NCBI RefSeq assembly: GCF_009914755.1
Contig: NC_060947.1
Reading direction: 5' to 3' (one strand)
Origin: the human T2T-CHM13v2.0 reference genome, Homo sapiens
Length of the DNA stretch: 64,000 nt
Below the pieces are notes generated by a model. It was not told the origin of the DNA. It saw nothing but the letters and a program-made list of their open reading frames with translations, and did no database searches. Position 1 is the stretch's first letter. Every line of letters begins with the position of its first letter. Of the stretch, positions 13,621 through 26,996 are shown piece after piece. A program made the position numbers and the translations under genes.

Positions 13621-14469
13621 GATAATCTTCTAAGGTAATCTTCTTATGGTAAATCTTCTAAGATTTACCTTTCTAGGTCTAGGACTAAGCCTCCTCCTTA
13701 CTCCTTCTGCACCCAGCCCCTAAACTACATCCCAATTTAATCATGTAGCTTCATCCTGAGGCTGCTTTTACTTTTTCCAGGATTAGACTCACAGCGCCTT
13801 TCCTCGCTCATGTTTTATTTTCCCAAAAGGAGCAATTCTGTATTTTCACAAAGCAACAACTTTTACATGACAATATTGCAATAACCTTTGCATCAAAAAA
13901 TTATAAGAATGTGGCATTTCTCTGCCTCTTCCAGGCCCAAAGATTCACTCTCACATTATATGAATGCAGACATCTGTCATAGCACAAATGTGACAGCCCA
14001 GCTTTTTTTTTGTCTCTTCTGGCTGACCTGCCAGAGCATCTTGTTTATCTCCGTGGCAGCAGGTGCAGCCATGTCCATGGAACCCAGGTTCTTTTTGTGC
14101 TTCTGGAACAGTCTTTCTGAACATGGTCTCTGGGAGGTCATTCTACTCCATGAAGACAGGGAGTAGAAAGGGGAGGATCTCTCCAGTATCCATTGAAACT
14201 AGAAATTGCAAGTTCAGTGCTGGCTATAGCTGACCATTTCTTTGAGGGTATTCTCACCTCCCTTCCCCCTAATCTGTAATCCCCATGAGTCCCCAGTAAA
14301 GTCTTCTACATCAAATAAAGCTGGATGAAAAATCTATTTGAAGACAGCTGTGTTACGTATAAGGTCAAGGTCAGAATTCATAATATGGCTATAAGCTACA
14401 AGTGTTAGAAAAATTATTCTAATTTTTAAAAAGGAAGAAGGAGGAGGAAAAGAGGAGGGGGCTTTCATA

Positions 14470-14630
14470 TAATGGCGAGAACTTTAAACTTGAATTTGAC
14501 CATGGGCAAGTCCCCTTAACAACTGATTCTGCATTTCTTCAGTTGTCAAAATGGGAATAGTACTACCTCCATTAAATAAGGTAACTTGAAAATTATGATA
14601 CCCTTATAAAGACATTTAGTAGATGTTTTC
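14470..14630 (+). mobile_element. MIR fragment
   Basis: tgaccatgggcaagtc...catttcttcagttgtcaaaatgggaatagtac core. Confidence 0.7.
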
Positions 14631-14699
14631 TCTATCTGAAAAGCAATCAAGGACAGTCTGGTGTGTTGGTTAGATTCTATTACAGCTGTCTGTTAAATG

Positions 14700-14970
14700 A
14701 AGAAGTTACTACTATAGCTGTTGGTTCCAGAACTGCGCCAGCATTGCTTCAATTCTCACCAAAGTGGATGCTTCACGTGCTGCCTCCCTCCTTTTTACCT
14801 AAGTTCCAAGTTCAAGTCTCATTTGAGTACATCTAATTGGCAGAATATAAATCATATCCAGAACCTCAGCTGTAAGAGAGGTTCTAGCCTCTGCAATACA
14901 GGAAAAGTTATTGAAAGAGGCTAGAATGGGTGGTAAATAACCCAGTTCATAGGTTCCTATGTACTCTACA
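14700..14970 (-). mobile_element. Old MLT1-type MaLR fragment
   Basis: caagttcaagtctc...atctaattggc...cctcagctgtaagagagg resembles the MLT1K-N group; highly diverged. Confidence 0.45.
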
Positions 14971-15184
14971 TATAAGTTGAAATTTGGTCCCCATGAAATT
15001 CACCCTCTGGTGTCATTCCTTTGTATATGTTGCATTACATGGCTAAAGGACTTTGACCATGAACTCAAGATAGGGAGAGTTCCCTGAATTATCCAGGTGG
15101 GCCAAATGTAATATCATAAGCCCTTAAAAGCAGAACATGAGGTAGGAAGATGCAGCAGAAAAGGAATGTAGAAAGAGATTTAAA

Positions 15185-15529
<345 letters not shown>

Positions 15530-15646
15530 TCATAAGCAAGAGCTGAATTCTTCAAACAACCTGAAGAAGCTTAGAAGTTGATTCTCCTCACATGAGAGGC
15601 TAAAGATGGTCAAAGTGGTTCCAGGCCAGTCACCACCTTAATTTTG

Positions 15647-16135
15647 CATAAGGGTTCAGTAAAGATGGTGGGAGAAGCTGCAAAATAAACACAAACCATC
15701 TTAGAAAGCCGGAAGGTTTTTGCAGTAACCTCAGGATAGAGTTATAGCTGAGGGCAGCCTAATCCTCTGAGCTATGGCAAGGGTAATTAACATAGGAATG
15801 TAGAGGAGTCTATCTAAATAGCTTGTTTACTCACGTGGTCCTATGACTAACCTTTGACTGCCTGCAGGTCCATTATTGCTCTCTACTCAGGGGGTCTGCA
15901 ATGGTAATTACCTTCTAGTGGTGTTTACTTGAGACTTTTGTCATTTAATGTGTGCTGAATAAATAAATGCCAGCAGGGCCAGCAAGTCAAGGCCAGCAGC
16001 TGCAACTCTTTACAGCACTCTCCTTGGAGTCTGTAAGTGGCCCAGATGCTCAGCTAGACTAACAGGCATAATATCTGTGTCAGTGTATGTTATTCATCTG
16101 TCATCGGGTTAGGGTCTGTGGGATAGACCCCCGCA
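15647..16135 (+). mobile_element. LTR22 (HERV-K22/HML-5) solo LTR
   Basis: gggttcagt...gatggtggga...aaataaacacaaacc; ggaatgtagaggagtctatctaaatagcttgtttactca; aataaa; ends gacccccgca; 6-bp TSD attttg at 15641-15646 and 16136-16141. Confidence 0.88.
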
Positions 16136-16175
16136 ATTTTGCCCTTGTGATACCCTGAGCAGAATACTTAGTTGA

Positions 16176-17366
16176 GATACAGCCAACATAATACTGAATG
16201 GGGAAAAGTTGAAAACATTCTGAGAACTGGAACAAGACAAGTATGCCCACTCTCACGACTCTTCTTCAACATAGTACTGCAAGTCCTAGCCGGAGCAATC
16301 AGACAAGAGAAAGAAATAGAGGGCATCCAGATTGGTGAAGAGGAAGTCAAACTGTCACTTTTTGCTGATGATATGATAGTTTACCTTAAAAACTCTAAGG
16401 ACTCCTCCAAAAAGCTCCTAAAACTGATAAAAGAATTCAGCCAAGTTTCTGGATACAAGATTAATATACCAAGCAGAGAATCAAATCAAGAACTCAACCC
16501 CTTTTACAATAGCTGCAAAAAATAAATACTTAGCAATATACCTAACCAAGGAGGTGAAAGATCTCTACAAGGAAAACTACAAAACACTTCTGAAAGAAAT
16601 TACAGATGACACAAACAAATGGAAACACATCCCATGCTCGTGGATGGGTAGCATCAATATTGTGAGAATAACCATATTGCCAAAAGCAATCTACAAATTC
16701 AATGCAATCCCCATCAAAATACCACTTTCATTCTTCACAGAATTAGGAAAAACAATTCTAAAATTCACATGGAACCAAAAAAGAGCCCACATAACCAAAG
16801 CAAGATAAGCAAAAAGAACAAATTGAGACATCACACTACCTGATTTCAAACTGTATTTTAAGGCCATAGTCACCAAAACAGCGTGAAACTGGTATAAAAA
16901 TAGGGACATAGACAAATGGAACAGAATAGACAACCAAGAAATAAGCCCAAATACTTACAACCAACTGATCTTTGACAAAGTAAACGAAGTGGGGAAAGGA
17001 CAAATGGTGCTGGGATAATTGGGTATCCACATGTAGGAGAATAAAACTGGATCCTCATCTGTCACCCTATACAAAAATCAACTCAACATGGATTAAGGAC
17101 TTAAATCTAAGACCTGAAACTAAAAATTCTAGAAGATAACATCGGAAAAACTTGTCTAGACATTGGCTTAGGCAAGGATTTCATGACCAAGAATGCAAAT
17201 GCAATAAAAACAAAGATAAATAGCTAGGACTTAAACTAAAGAGCTTTTGCACAGCAAAAGGAAAAGTCAGCAGAGTAAACAGACAACCCAGAGAATGGGA
17301 GAAAATCTTCACAATCTATAAATCTGACAAAGGACTAATACCAAGTACCTACAAGGAACTCAAATT

Positions 17367-17410
<44 letters not shown>

Positions 17411-17842
17411 TCAAAAAGTGGGCTAATCGACAATTCTCAAAAGATATACAAATGACCAACATGAAAAAATGTTCATCACTAATGATCAGGGAAATGCAAG
17501 TCAAAATCACAATGTGATACCACCTTACTCCTACAAGAATGACCGTAATCAAAAAATCAAAAAACTGATGTTGACATGGATGCAGTGATCAGGGATCACA
17601 TCTACACTGCTGATGGGAATGTAAACTAGTACAGCCACTATGGAAAACAGTGTGGAGATTCCTTAACTCAAAGTAGAACTAACATTTGATCCAGCAATAC
17701 CACTACTATCTACCCAGAGGAAAAGAAGTCATTATATGAAAAAGATACTTGCACATGCATATTTATAGTGGCACAATTCGCAATTGCAAAATCCGGGAAC
17801 CAACCCAGATGCCCATCAATCAATGAGTAGATAAAGTGTGTG

Positions 17843-17887
<45 letters not shown>

Positions 17888-18247
17888 ATGGAATACTACA
17901 CAGCCATAAAAAGGGATGAATTAACAGCATTTGCAGCGACCTGGATGAAATTGGCGTCTATTATTCTAGGTAACTCAGTAATGGGAAACCAAATACCGTA
18001 TGTTCTCACTGTTATGTGGGAGCTAAGCTATGAGGCCGCAAAAGCATACGAGTGATACAATGGACTTTGGAGACTTGGGAGTAAGTGAGGGAGGGAGTGA
18101 GGAATAAAAGACTACAAATAGGTTGCAGTGTATACTGCTCAGGTGATGGGTGCACCAAAATCTCACAAATCACCACTAAAGAACTTACTCATGTAACCAA
18201 ACACCACCTGAACCTCAACTTATGGAGAAATAAAAAATATAACAAAA
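16176..18247 (+). mobile_element. L1PB1-like, 5'-truncated (starts in the RT region)
   Basis: [13 protein letters not shown] in ORF 16172-16525; 3'UTR aaaagactacaaata...gggtgcaccaaaatctcacaaatcaccactaaagaacttactcatgtaacc; internal A-run at 17370-17405. Confidence 0.93.
17845..17884 (+). repeat. (AC)n microsatellite, ~20 units
   Basis: Seen directly in the sequence. Confidence 0.98.
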
Positions 18248-18254
18248 GATACTT

Positions 18255-18350
18255 CAACACTGAAGTCCTGAGAAGTTCAGTGCCTTTCTTAAAGTCATTC
18301 AACTTGTCCACAGTAGCACTGCGATGGCTAGAATCCAAGTCTAGTTTACT
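18255..18350 (-). mobile_element. MIR fragment
   Basis: actgaagtcctgagaagttcagtgcctttcttaaagtca resembles the antisense MIR core. Confidence 0.6.
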
Positions 18351-20014
18351 TTGACACTACAGTCCTAAATAAATAATTGAAAATTATTTTATTCCCTCCT
18401 TTCCTCTCCCTCCTCCCTCTGTCATACTTTACATTTGACAGTTAATATACCTCAAAGGCTTCTTCCTTAACAGCCCCGTGTATATATAATAAAGGCTTTG
18501 GTAATGCTGCTCTGCATCAAACAAACATATGCATTCCTATAGTTCAAAATGAGAAGCTTCCTCTCTTGTTTGACACCTTTTACTAATGATTTGTAGAAAA
18601 ATATCCTGTAAACCACAGAGCTGGGAAAATTCCCTAATCCAGTTGTCAACAGGGATCATATCACAAATTATCTTTGTTAAATCATTTTCCTAACTTTCTG
18701 GTATAATTAGCTCTGGGTCTTCCATCAGAGATTTAGCTTTCTAGTTATGGCAATTCTAAGTACATCAAAATGCATCCTCACCTGGGGTTTACTGCTTTAC
18801 CTGAGCTGCTTTTGCATCTGTTATATGGAAATAAAGCCACCTATTTCCTACACACATTAGGTAAAGAAGAAGTGTTATTTTTAGAACAGAAGCAACAGAT
18901 ATAATTCAGTTCAAATTTCTTTGCTTTCGAGTAAGCAGTGTAATCTCTGGGTACAAAAGGGAATCACATCTTCCCAAGCATTGCTATGTGTGGTTGTAGA
19001 CAGTTGCTTTGGGGAACTGGGGAAAGAGAAAAGGTACACAAGAGAAGCACTAGGAAACCAGAAAGTGGGACATAGGCAAAACCCTTACTGATGACTTCGA
19101 CTCGGAAGCAGGCTTCAGAATACATTTGAAACCAGTATGTGTTTTTAGTGATATAACGCGATAGAAAACATCCACACTGAGGCCATAGTGGCCACATGCC
19201 TGCCAGTGAGTAAAGGCAGAACAAATCCCATCCTAGTACACAGACATAGTCTTAGGAAAATTTTTAAAATCACACCAGGTACCCTTTGAGAGTGAAAATA
19301 GGAAGGACTTTTATTCCATGCTGGCTGGGGACTAGGCCTGACCTCAGAGGGACTATCAGAGGCAACAGCACTATCCAATCATGTTTCTTGGGGTTTTCAT
19401 CAAAAAAGATTGTGGTGTCACTTCTTCAATGGCTGAGAAGCCCCCTCTGCAGCCTGGGCAATAGGAGCTTCCCTTTTTCCTCAGGGTTCTCAGGCCCTAT
19501 TCATCCCTCTAGCCAAAACGATATTCTAAATCTCATTAATAATGTACTTGTGTATGGTGCCTTACATCTGACAAGTTTTCACATGCACCTTTGTTCCACA
19601 TGATCCGCAAACATCATCTTCAAAATATTCAAAATGACTTCTTACCCTCTCCACCCCTGCTCCTTGGTTCAGATCACCGTCGTCATCTCCCCACCGGATT
19701 ACTTCAATAGCCTCCTTGTAGGTTTCCCTACCTCTACTCTTGCCCTCCTGCTGTCCATTATCAAAACAGCACTCCCAGTGATCCCCCTTAAAACTTAAGT
19801 TATATTGTGTCACACTCTTGCTCAAAACCCTCCAATGGCTTCCTATCTCGCTATGACCCATGAAACCCTACTTGATCTGTACCCCCATTACACCTTGACC
19901 TCATCTTCTATTCCTCTCCCTCTCATGCCCTTTTTTCCACAAACATTGGCTTCCTTGCCAGTCCTTGATTGTGCGATGTACGTTCCTGCTTTTAAGCCTT
20001 TTTTCTAGCTGTTT

Positions 20015-20614
20015 GTGGCAACAGTCATGAACTCTTTTCTCGCATCAGATGTTTTAAACCTCCTTAAGCTTACTGATTCACTAGAAGAAATCACAACTTA
20101 ATAGCAGTTTATACTCCTGGCTAAGATTATAGCAAAAGACACGGAGTAAAAGCAGCAGGAAAAAGATGCACTGAAGGAGTCCAGAGAAGTCCAGCACAGG
20201 CTTCTGATGTCCTTCCTTATCCAAGGCCACACAAGACAGGCTTCTTAGCTGGCAGAAAACTACAGGGACAAATGTGGAATGACTCTGCCAAAGGAAACCC
20301 ATTTAAGCCTCAGGGCCTGAGGCTCTCAGAGGGTTGGTCACATAGGGACATCTTGCCAGCAATCAGCCATGGCAACTGAAATTCAGGAGCTCAATGAAAC
20401 AAGGTACACACAATCAATCTTGATGCTTGAGCAAAACAATCATGCAAGCTGCTCTGGTATGGTTCATTTCTTCAGGTATATACAACAAAATAATTCAATG
20501 ATATCAAGAACATTCTGAGGATTACATTTCCGGGGATTCTTCAAAAAATAGAGGACACTGGAGACATCCAAGGAATGAACAGCCAGACCTATTGTGTTCA
20601 TTCTTTCTTCATGC
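20015..20614 (-). mobile_element. MER68/MER77 (MER21-group) LTR
   Basis: ctgattcactagaaga...ggctaagattatagc...ggtcacatagg...cagacct...tctttc resembles this group; inserted in L2. Confidence 0.7.
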
Positions 20615-20689
20615 TCCCTAATCTTGATGTACTTCCCTGTAATGGAATATATTTACCAGCCTCTGATAAGCTTAAATACTTATAATCAC

Positions 20690-20850
20690 AAATTATTAAA
20701 TACTTATAATTAAATCCAAAGAGAGGAAGCCTCTAAAAAAATTGTGGGAATGGCTATTAGCCATGTAATATAAGCAAAAAAATAAGTACTTGTGTTTGTC
20801 AGAGCCTGGAAAATTAGAGTTGTTGCTGCAGCAGAAGCTGACTAATATAT
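20690..20850 (+). mobile_element. MLT1I/J-like 3' fragment
   Basis: Ends gttgttgctgcagcagaagctgactaatata. Confidence 0.55.
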
Positions 20851-21264
20851 CATTCTTTCTTTCTTAAATGCTCTTCCCCAGGTATCCCTTGGCTTATTCT
20901 CTCACCTCCAAGTCTTTACTCAAATCTCATACTCCCCAAAGGCCTACACCAGTCACCCTAGGCAATATTATAACTGACATCCAAAACCCTACCTGCAAAT
21001 TTGATTCCTCTTAACCGCTTCTATGTTTTCATTAGCATTACATTAGCACTCATCACCTCCTAATGTATAATTGATTCATTCATTATGTTTTCTCCCCCTA
21101 CCACTTGTTCCCTGCCACCCCCACCCCGACCCTTGCTAGAATAAAAAGAAGGCAAGGACATTTGTCTGCTTTGTTCAATAATGTATTCAAAGAACCTAGG
21201 ATAGTGCCTAGGACATAGGGAGTACTCAATAAATATTCAGTATTTATTGAATGACAGAGTATGC

Positions 21265-21390
21265 TAGGGATTATTATCCCCATTCTTTCAGATAAGGAAA
21301 TTGAGACATGGAGAGGTTAAGTAACTCGAGCAAGTTATTTTTTAGGTGCACAGAGTTGAATCTAAAACAAGTCTGTAGAATTACAAGCTG
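21265..21390 (-). mobile_element. MIR fragment
   Basis: attattatccccattc...cagataaggaaattgagacatggagaggttaagtaact. Confidence 0.8.
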
Positions 21391-21570
21391 TGACCACATC
21401 AGGGTCAAATTCAAATATAATTAGATATTTTAACATTTAAGGAAATTGTATGCTGTATAAATATGGATGACTACAAAAGTCCATTAAGTTCAAAGATTTT
21501 TAAAATTAAATGGAAAAGATATGTACATATACTAATCAAAGATCTTTAGAGTTTAAAGGAAAATACATAT

Positions 21571-21830
21571 AATGATAACAACAGTTAACATCTATATAGC
21601 ATCAACTATGAGCCAGGGTCTATTTCAAAGGGTTTTACTTGCATTAATGCATTTAATTCTCATTAAAAAAACTTATGATGTAGTTTCTGGTATTATCTAC
21701 ATTTTACAGATTAGAAAACTGAGGTACAGAGAGTTTAAGCTCCTTTTCCAAGGTCACACAACTAATAAGTGGTATAGCCAAGATTTGAACCAAGGCAATC
21801 TGGGTCCATAGTCCATGCTTGGGCACTAAG
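21571..21830 (-). mobile_element. Near full-length MIR
   Basis: cattttacagattagaaaactgaggtacagagag...caaggtcacaca...gatttgaacc. Confidence 0.9.
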
Positions 21831-22114
21831 CACTACGGCACATCTTAAACACAGAATTGTAAGTGGTCAACTTGGGAGGACATTGGTGAACCTGAGAAGC
21901 AGCATTAGGTAATTTGAGTTAGGAAACTCATTCCCTTTTAAGCGGAGTCACCTGAGATACAGTGACTGTACAAAAAGGGCTCAGAATGAGACCTCAAGCT
22001 CCAGGCCTCAAACCTGGTCAGCATCTCCTATTGAAAGTAACCACAGGAATTTGGAACAATGACTATTTTCTTTAGTGAGTAGAGATTTAAGTGTGGGAAG
22101 ATTTAGAATTCAGA

Positions 22115-22490
22115 ACACCATGGAATGCTATGCAGCCATAAAAAAAAGAATGAAATTATGTCCTTTGCAGCAACATGGATGCAGCTGGAGGTCATTATCC
22201 TAAGCAAATTAACTGAGGAATAGAAAACTAAATACTGCATGCTCTCACTTATAAGTGGCAACTAAACATTGGGTACTAATGGACATAAAGATGGCTACAA
22301 TAGAAATTGGGGACTACTAGATAGAGGAGGGAGGTGATCAAAGGTTTAAAAGCTATTAAGGTACTATGCTCCCTACCTGGGTAACAGGATGCAACATATC
22401 CTAAAATTCAGCATCATGCAGTGTAGCCATGCAACAAACTGGCACATGTATACTGATTCTAATACAAGTTGAAATTATTAAAAATAAAAT
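22115..22490 (+). mobile_element. L1PA16/17-like 3' end
   Basis: caccatggaatgctatgcagccataaaa...ggacataaagatgg...ggggactactaga...caagttgaaattattaaaaataaaa. Confidence 0.88.
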
Positions 22491-22540
22491 AGAGATTTCA
22501 GAGACTTGATCTATAATTATAGATTTGTACATGTTTGGCA

Positions 22541-22542
<2 letters not shown>

Positions 22543-22581
<39 letters not shown>
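22543..22581 (+). repeat. (TA)n microsatellite, ~19 units
   Basis: Seen directly in the sequence. Confidence 0.98.
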
Positions 22582-22584
<3 letters not shown>

Positions 22585-25500
22585 ATTTTAAGAGAATTTG
22601 GACTTTTACAGTGACACCCTTGTAACTCCAATTTAAAATGAAGAACTAAGTAATTGACTATTAAGTGGAGTTTTACTGCATTCTTTAACACTTAGAATGT
22701 CTACGAGAACTTGGTTCACCATGTATATAAATTCAATGTATTGTAATAATTATTTAATACTCTGGAGGCTTTGTCTTTTCAGATAGAAGACCCAAGAAAG
22801 AAAAATAAGTACCATATTTTAAATATATAAATGCAGTTTAAGATATTTGAAGGTGTTTAAGTTGGTAAATGGGACCATACATTGTTTAAAAGTCATCGAA
22901 GGACTGTTAAAATCTATTAGATTTTTAAATAGAATAATATTTGTATGCAGAACGCAAAAGCAAAGGGAAAACTAGGTTTGAGGATTTATAACTTTAATAA
23001 ATTGAATATAAATATTTAAAACCTAAAGAAAACTTCTGAACAATCTGTTTTGAGAAAACCAAAAATTCACTTCTAAAACACCTAGGCTCTCTGACTTGGG
23101 TCCAATGTCCGTCTCAAGCCATTAAAATTGACTGATTTTGCCCCCATCAGGAACACTCTTAACTAGTGTGTTCTGCAGTATAAGGACAGAGCGAGCAGAT
23201 TTACCTTATAGAGGAAGGTGACACTTCAAGAAAAACCTCTAAGGAGTTTTGAGATTTTCTCCCTTGAAATCTAGGATTCCTCAAAGATTACATATACACA
23301 TACATATATATATACATATACGTGTATCTCCCTGCTTCCTTTTCTCAGCCCACAGTCTATCTGCCAATAAATTGCCCTCATTTTGTAGCTAAATGAAAGA
23401 TTTGCAAATGATCAGATGCAGTTTGTTTTTGTTGTACCTTTTTCCTCTGGGGATAAAGTTATTCAAATAGTGTTCCCTAACTCTGATAATACATATCTTC
23501 AACAACCAACACTTTGGACCTCAGTATTGATTTGCTTGAATCTCTGAATTGTTTTTTTTTTTTAACATTGCAACCCCAAGGGGGTGGTTTGTGGTGGAAA
23601 AATCTACTTCCATTAAAACTCTACATGTCAATTCACTAAAAATTCTCTTTTAGATCGACATACAATTGAAGGAGAAGGTTTTGTCAGTCCTTTTTCATTT
23701 GAATCATAAATCCGAAAAATAACCTTCCGAAAGCCATGAAGATTGCTCCCTAACAATATGGCATCCTTCAACCACAAATTGTATAAAGCACAATATCCCT
23801 AGGTATCTAATATACAATGACTGTGGACCCTTATTTAAATTCAGAAATTTGCAGCTATATTGCACATTGTAATATAAATTTCATTGTGAATCTGTAAGAG
23901 CAAAGTATTTGGTATTTAATAGAATTTGTAATTCAGTTTGAAGCCAAAAGTATATATTTGGTTTCAGCTGAAATTCAGCAACCAAAGAAAACTAAAATAT
24001 ATAGCATGGGAAGACTTGGACCTTTAACTTCTCTTAGGCAATCAGCCTCACCTTTGAGTTTCCGAATCTTTATCAAGCAACTATTAATTAAATCATAGCT
24101 TTCCCCTCTCTGTAAAATGCTGTGTAGCAATGATGTAGTTGCTTATATAAAACTGAAGCAGAATAACTGGCCAAATGCATGATAGGATGTATACATCGTT
24201 AATTTTTCCAATAATTTTGAATCTTTCAGAAACTTATTGGCCTTAATCTAACCTCCTGCAGTGATTCTGTTATAAGGAACATTAAGCCCATTATGATGGA
24301 TGAAATCTTCCATTGACTAATCTGGTATTAGATCACAAAATGACGTGATGAAAAATAGATTACATGCTAGATTCCACTATCATTCTTTTGAACAATGAAA
24401 ATGACTTCTCAGTTTTCAATTAACTATTTTTACCTCAACAGTCTTTAATTTTTTTTTTAGCTATCTTTCCTAATTGCTCTACATATGAGAGAGGCATCAA
24501 TAATGTTCAGACATGATATAGCCCATAGTCGTCTGGGGCTCAGAAAAGATTTGATAGCACACAAAACTAATTACAAAGTGTTTATAAAGGGGTCTCAGTC
24601 TTCACTAAAGGCACAACCATTATTCCCCCAGTTACTTTCTAATTGCACTCTATTATTGTTGACAAATTCAGAAGCCTAAAGACTCAATTATGAAGACTGC
24701 TTATTGACTGCACTCTGTCCTTACTAACTGTTGTTGTTATAAAGAATTAGAAAAACTGATGTTTCTATCTCTAATTCATGAAGAATAGTTCTCTTGATGA
24801 ATTAGAACTTGCACATCTGAATAATGGCCTCTTGAAAATACATTCTCTTAAAATGATTTTCAAGTCATAAGTTGGCAATCCTCCCGTATTGTAAATTACA
24901 GCTAAAACAATTTTTATTTTTGCATCTGAATCGTGTCACTGTGATTGAATTCAAAGTTATATATTTTTGCACATACTGTAGGATATTTTGATGGCATAAA
25001 ATTCAGGGAGTTGATAAAATTTGGTTAACCCTGTATGTCTTTGAACTATCATCTCTACAGGTATGAAAATTCTGAATTAAGTGAAAGAGATAAAACAATA
25101 GTAAAAGGTGTAATGCAGAAGTCCTAGTATACTATGTGCTGGGATGGTAAACAAGGCCCCACCCTCCTGAGCCCTGGACCTGTTTTCTTATCCCACTTTT
25201 ACCATGAACTACCATGTGGACATCCTAACCATAGATTCCTCTTATATTAAATAAGAAGTTGGGACTAGATTATTATAGAGGCTCCTTCAGCTCTATAACT
25301 GTGATTCTACAAATACCAATTTTTAAAGTGGGACACTGCAACAAGAAAGTATTCTCTATCTTTGCATTCAAGTTTCCAGTTTATAGTTTCCCCCTAGAAC
25401 AGATGTAACAGTGACTATTTCTTCTTTAATCATTTGTCATCTTCCCCGAAAGTCACTAATGGATCTTTATCACAAATTTGGGAAGAATGAATTAGGGTTA

Positions 25501-25849
25501 ATGGTTAAAAAAATAAGAACCACACTCATTTTTTCCATCTGTAGCTTCTCAAATTATTAATACCAGCATATACCTATCACACCAACAGCTCTTACAGAAG
25601 TTTATATTTCTTACCACACACAATGGAGAAAATACAGTAATCTCGATAATTCAAGTTACCTTATACACATACATACACACTCACATCTCTTGCTCCAATT
25701 ACCCAGGTATTTCAAGAGAGAATACAAGCAAAACAGTGAAAGGTATGTTAAACGTGCTTTCACAGATTTAAAGAACGCTGGAGAAAAGATTCAAATACTT
25801 GGGTAGGAGTAGAACTAAACTTCAAGGTCTCAAATAGCTCTAAAGTAGT

Positions 25850-26040
25850 GCAATAGCCCAGTGGATCAGGAACCAGAAATCTACTCCAAGTTCTAAGTCT
25901 GCCCCTTACTAGGTATTCAAAGCTTACCAAGTCTGAAGTAATAAAAAGAGGATGGCAATTCCATCCCCTTCTCAGAATCATTCTCAAGTACTGAATGAAA
26001 TAAATACCTGTGAGCACTATGGGCTATAAAGGTAATATAT
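25850..26040 (+). mobile_element. MIR fragment
   Basis: gtgcaatag...agttctaagtctgccccttactag...aaatacctgtgagcac; diverged. Confidence 0.55.
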
Positions 26041-26548
26041 AGTGTGATTCTACCTCCATGAACCTCAGATCGTATAACAATTATTTTCCTTTTAACTGTA
26101 TTGAACAGCTAGACTTTCCTACCCTTGATACTGCATAATGTAGTTGATGAAGAAAACTCAGGACTCATGGTAGAAGACTTAGACTCCATATTTCACATGG
26201 CTCCTCACTAGGTTTCCTTAGATCTCCTGAATCAGAAGCCAGAAGTCTGGTTCATTCTCATTCAACTTTTAACCACTAAGAGAAGTCCAGAACCAAACAC
26301 TAACTGAAAACTCAACTAGAAGAAACTTTAAAAATGGCTAAAGCTAACCCTAGGCTGCCATATTAAATTTAAAGGCCTATGAAGCGTATCTCTGGAGTAA
26401 TAAGTCAGTTATCTTTTTGGATATGCTCAGAACCTGATGAGACAAGAATTGATCTTTAGATTTAGATCAGCAGAGGGTTAGAGAAGGATAACTAGCTTTG
26501 ACAAGATGAATTTCTACTGGAGAGGGAAACTGCAGATAGGGTTAGAGA

Positions 26549-26996
26549 TCGTAGAAGGGTGAGTAATGGCCTACAAAGCTATCCGCATCCAGATCCCCGA
26601 AACTGTAAATGTGACCTTATAGGGCAAAGTGATTTTGCAGATGTAATTATGAACCTTGAGGTGGTGACATTATCCTGAATTATTCGAGTAGGCCCTAAAT
26701 GTAGTCAGAGATATCTTTGTAAGAGACGCAGAGGGGAAATTTGACCACAGAAGTAGGAGATATGACTAGAGAAGCAACGTGTTAGTGTAATGCAAGGGAT
26801 GGGCCAAAAAAATGCAGGCAACTTCTAGAACTTGGAAAAAGAAAATAGATCACATAGAGTTATCAGTGGGAGTTTGGCCCTGTAAACACCTTTTTAGTCC
26901 ACTGAAACTCACCGTAGACTTCTGGCCCTCCAGAAATATAATTTGTTAAGCCCATAAATTTGTAGTAATTTGTTATAACTATAGGAAACTAGCAAA
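26549..26996 (+). mobile_element. MLT1C-like MaLR solo LTR
   Basis: aatgtgacctta...ttttgcagatgtaatta...attatcctg...ggccctaaatg; 3' end gtaatttgtta...ataggaaacta. Confidence 0.85.

Larger units (their letters stand above)
19600..21255 (+). mobile_element. L2a 3' region with nested LTR pieces
   Basis: gtcacactcttgctcaaaaccctccaatggcttcc; terminal agaacctaggatagtgcctaggacatagggagtactcaataaatatt...gaatga. Confidence 0.87.

Noticed and set aside
13620-13680. Short direct repeats and a 9-bp stem ggtaaatct/agatttacc
   Set aside because: Too short to distinguish from local slippage.
13762-14166. Acceptor ttttccag|gattag and the 92-aa ORF nearby
   Set aside because: No matching donor, no recognisable protein, non-ATG start.
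26290-26540. Possible L3/CR1 fragment
   Set aside because: Similarity is limited to a short gctaa...taggctgc word; too weak to call.
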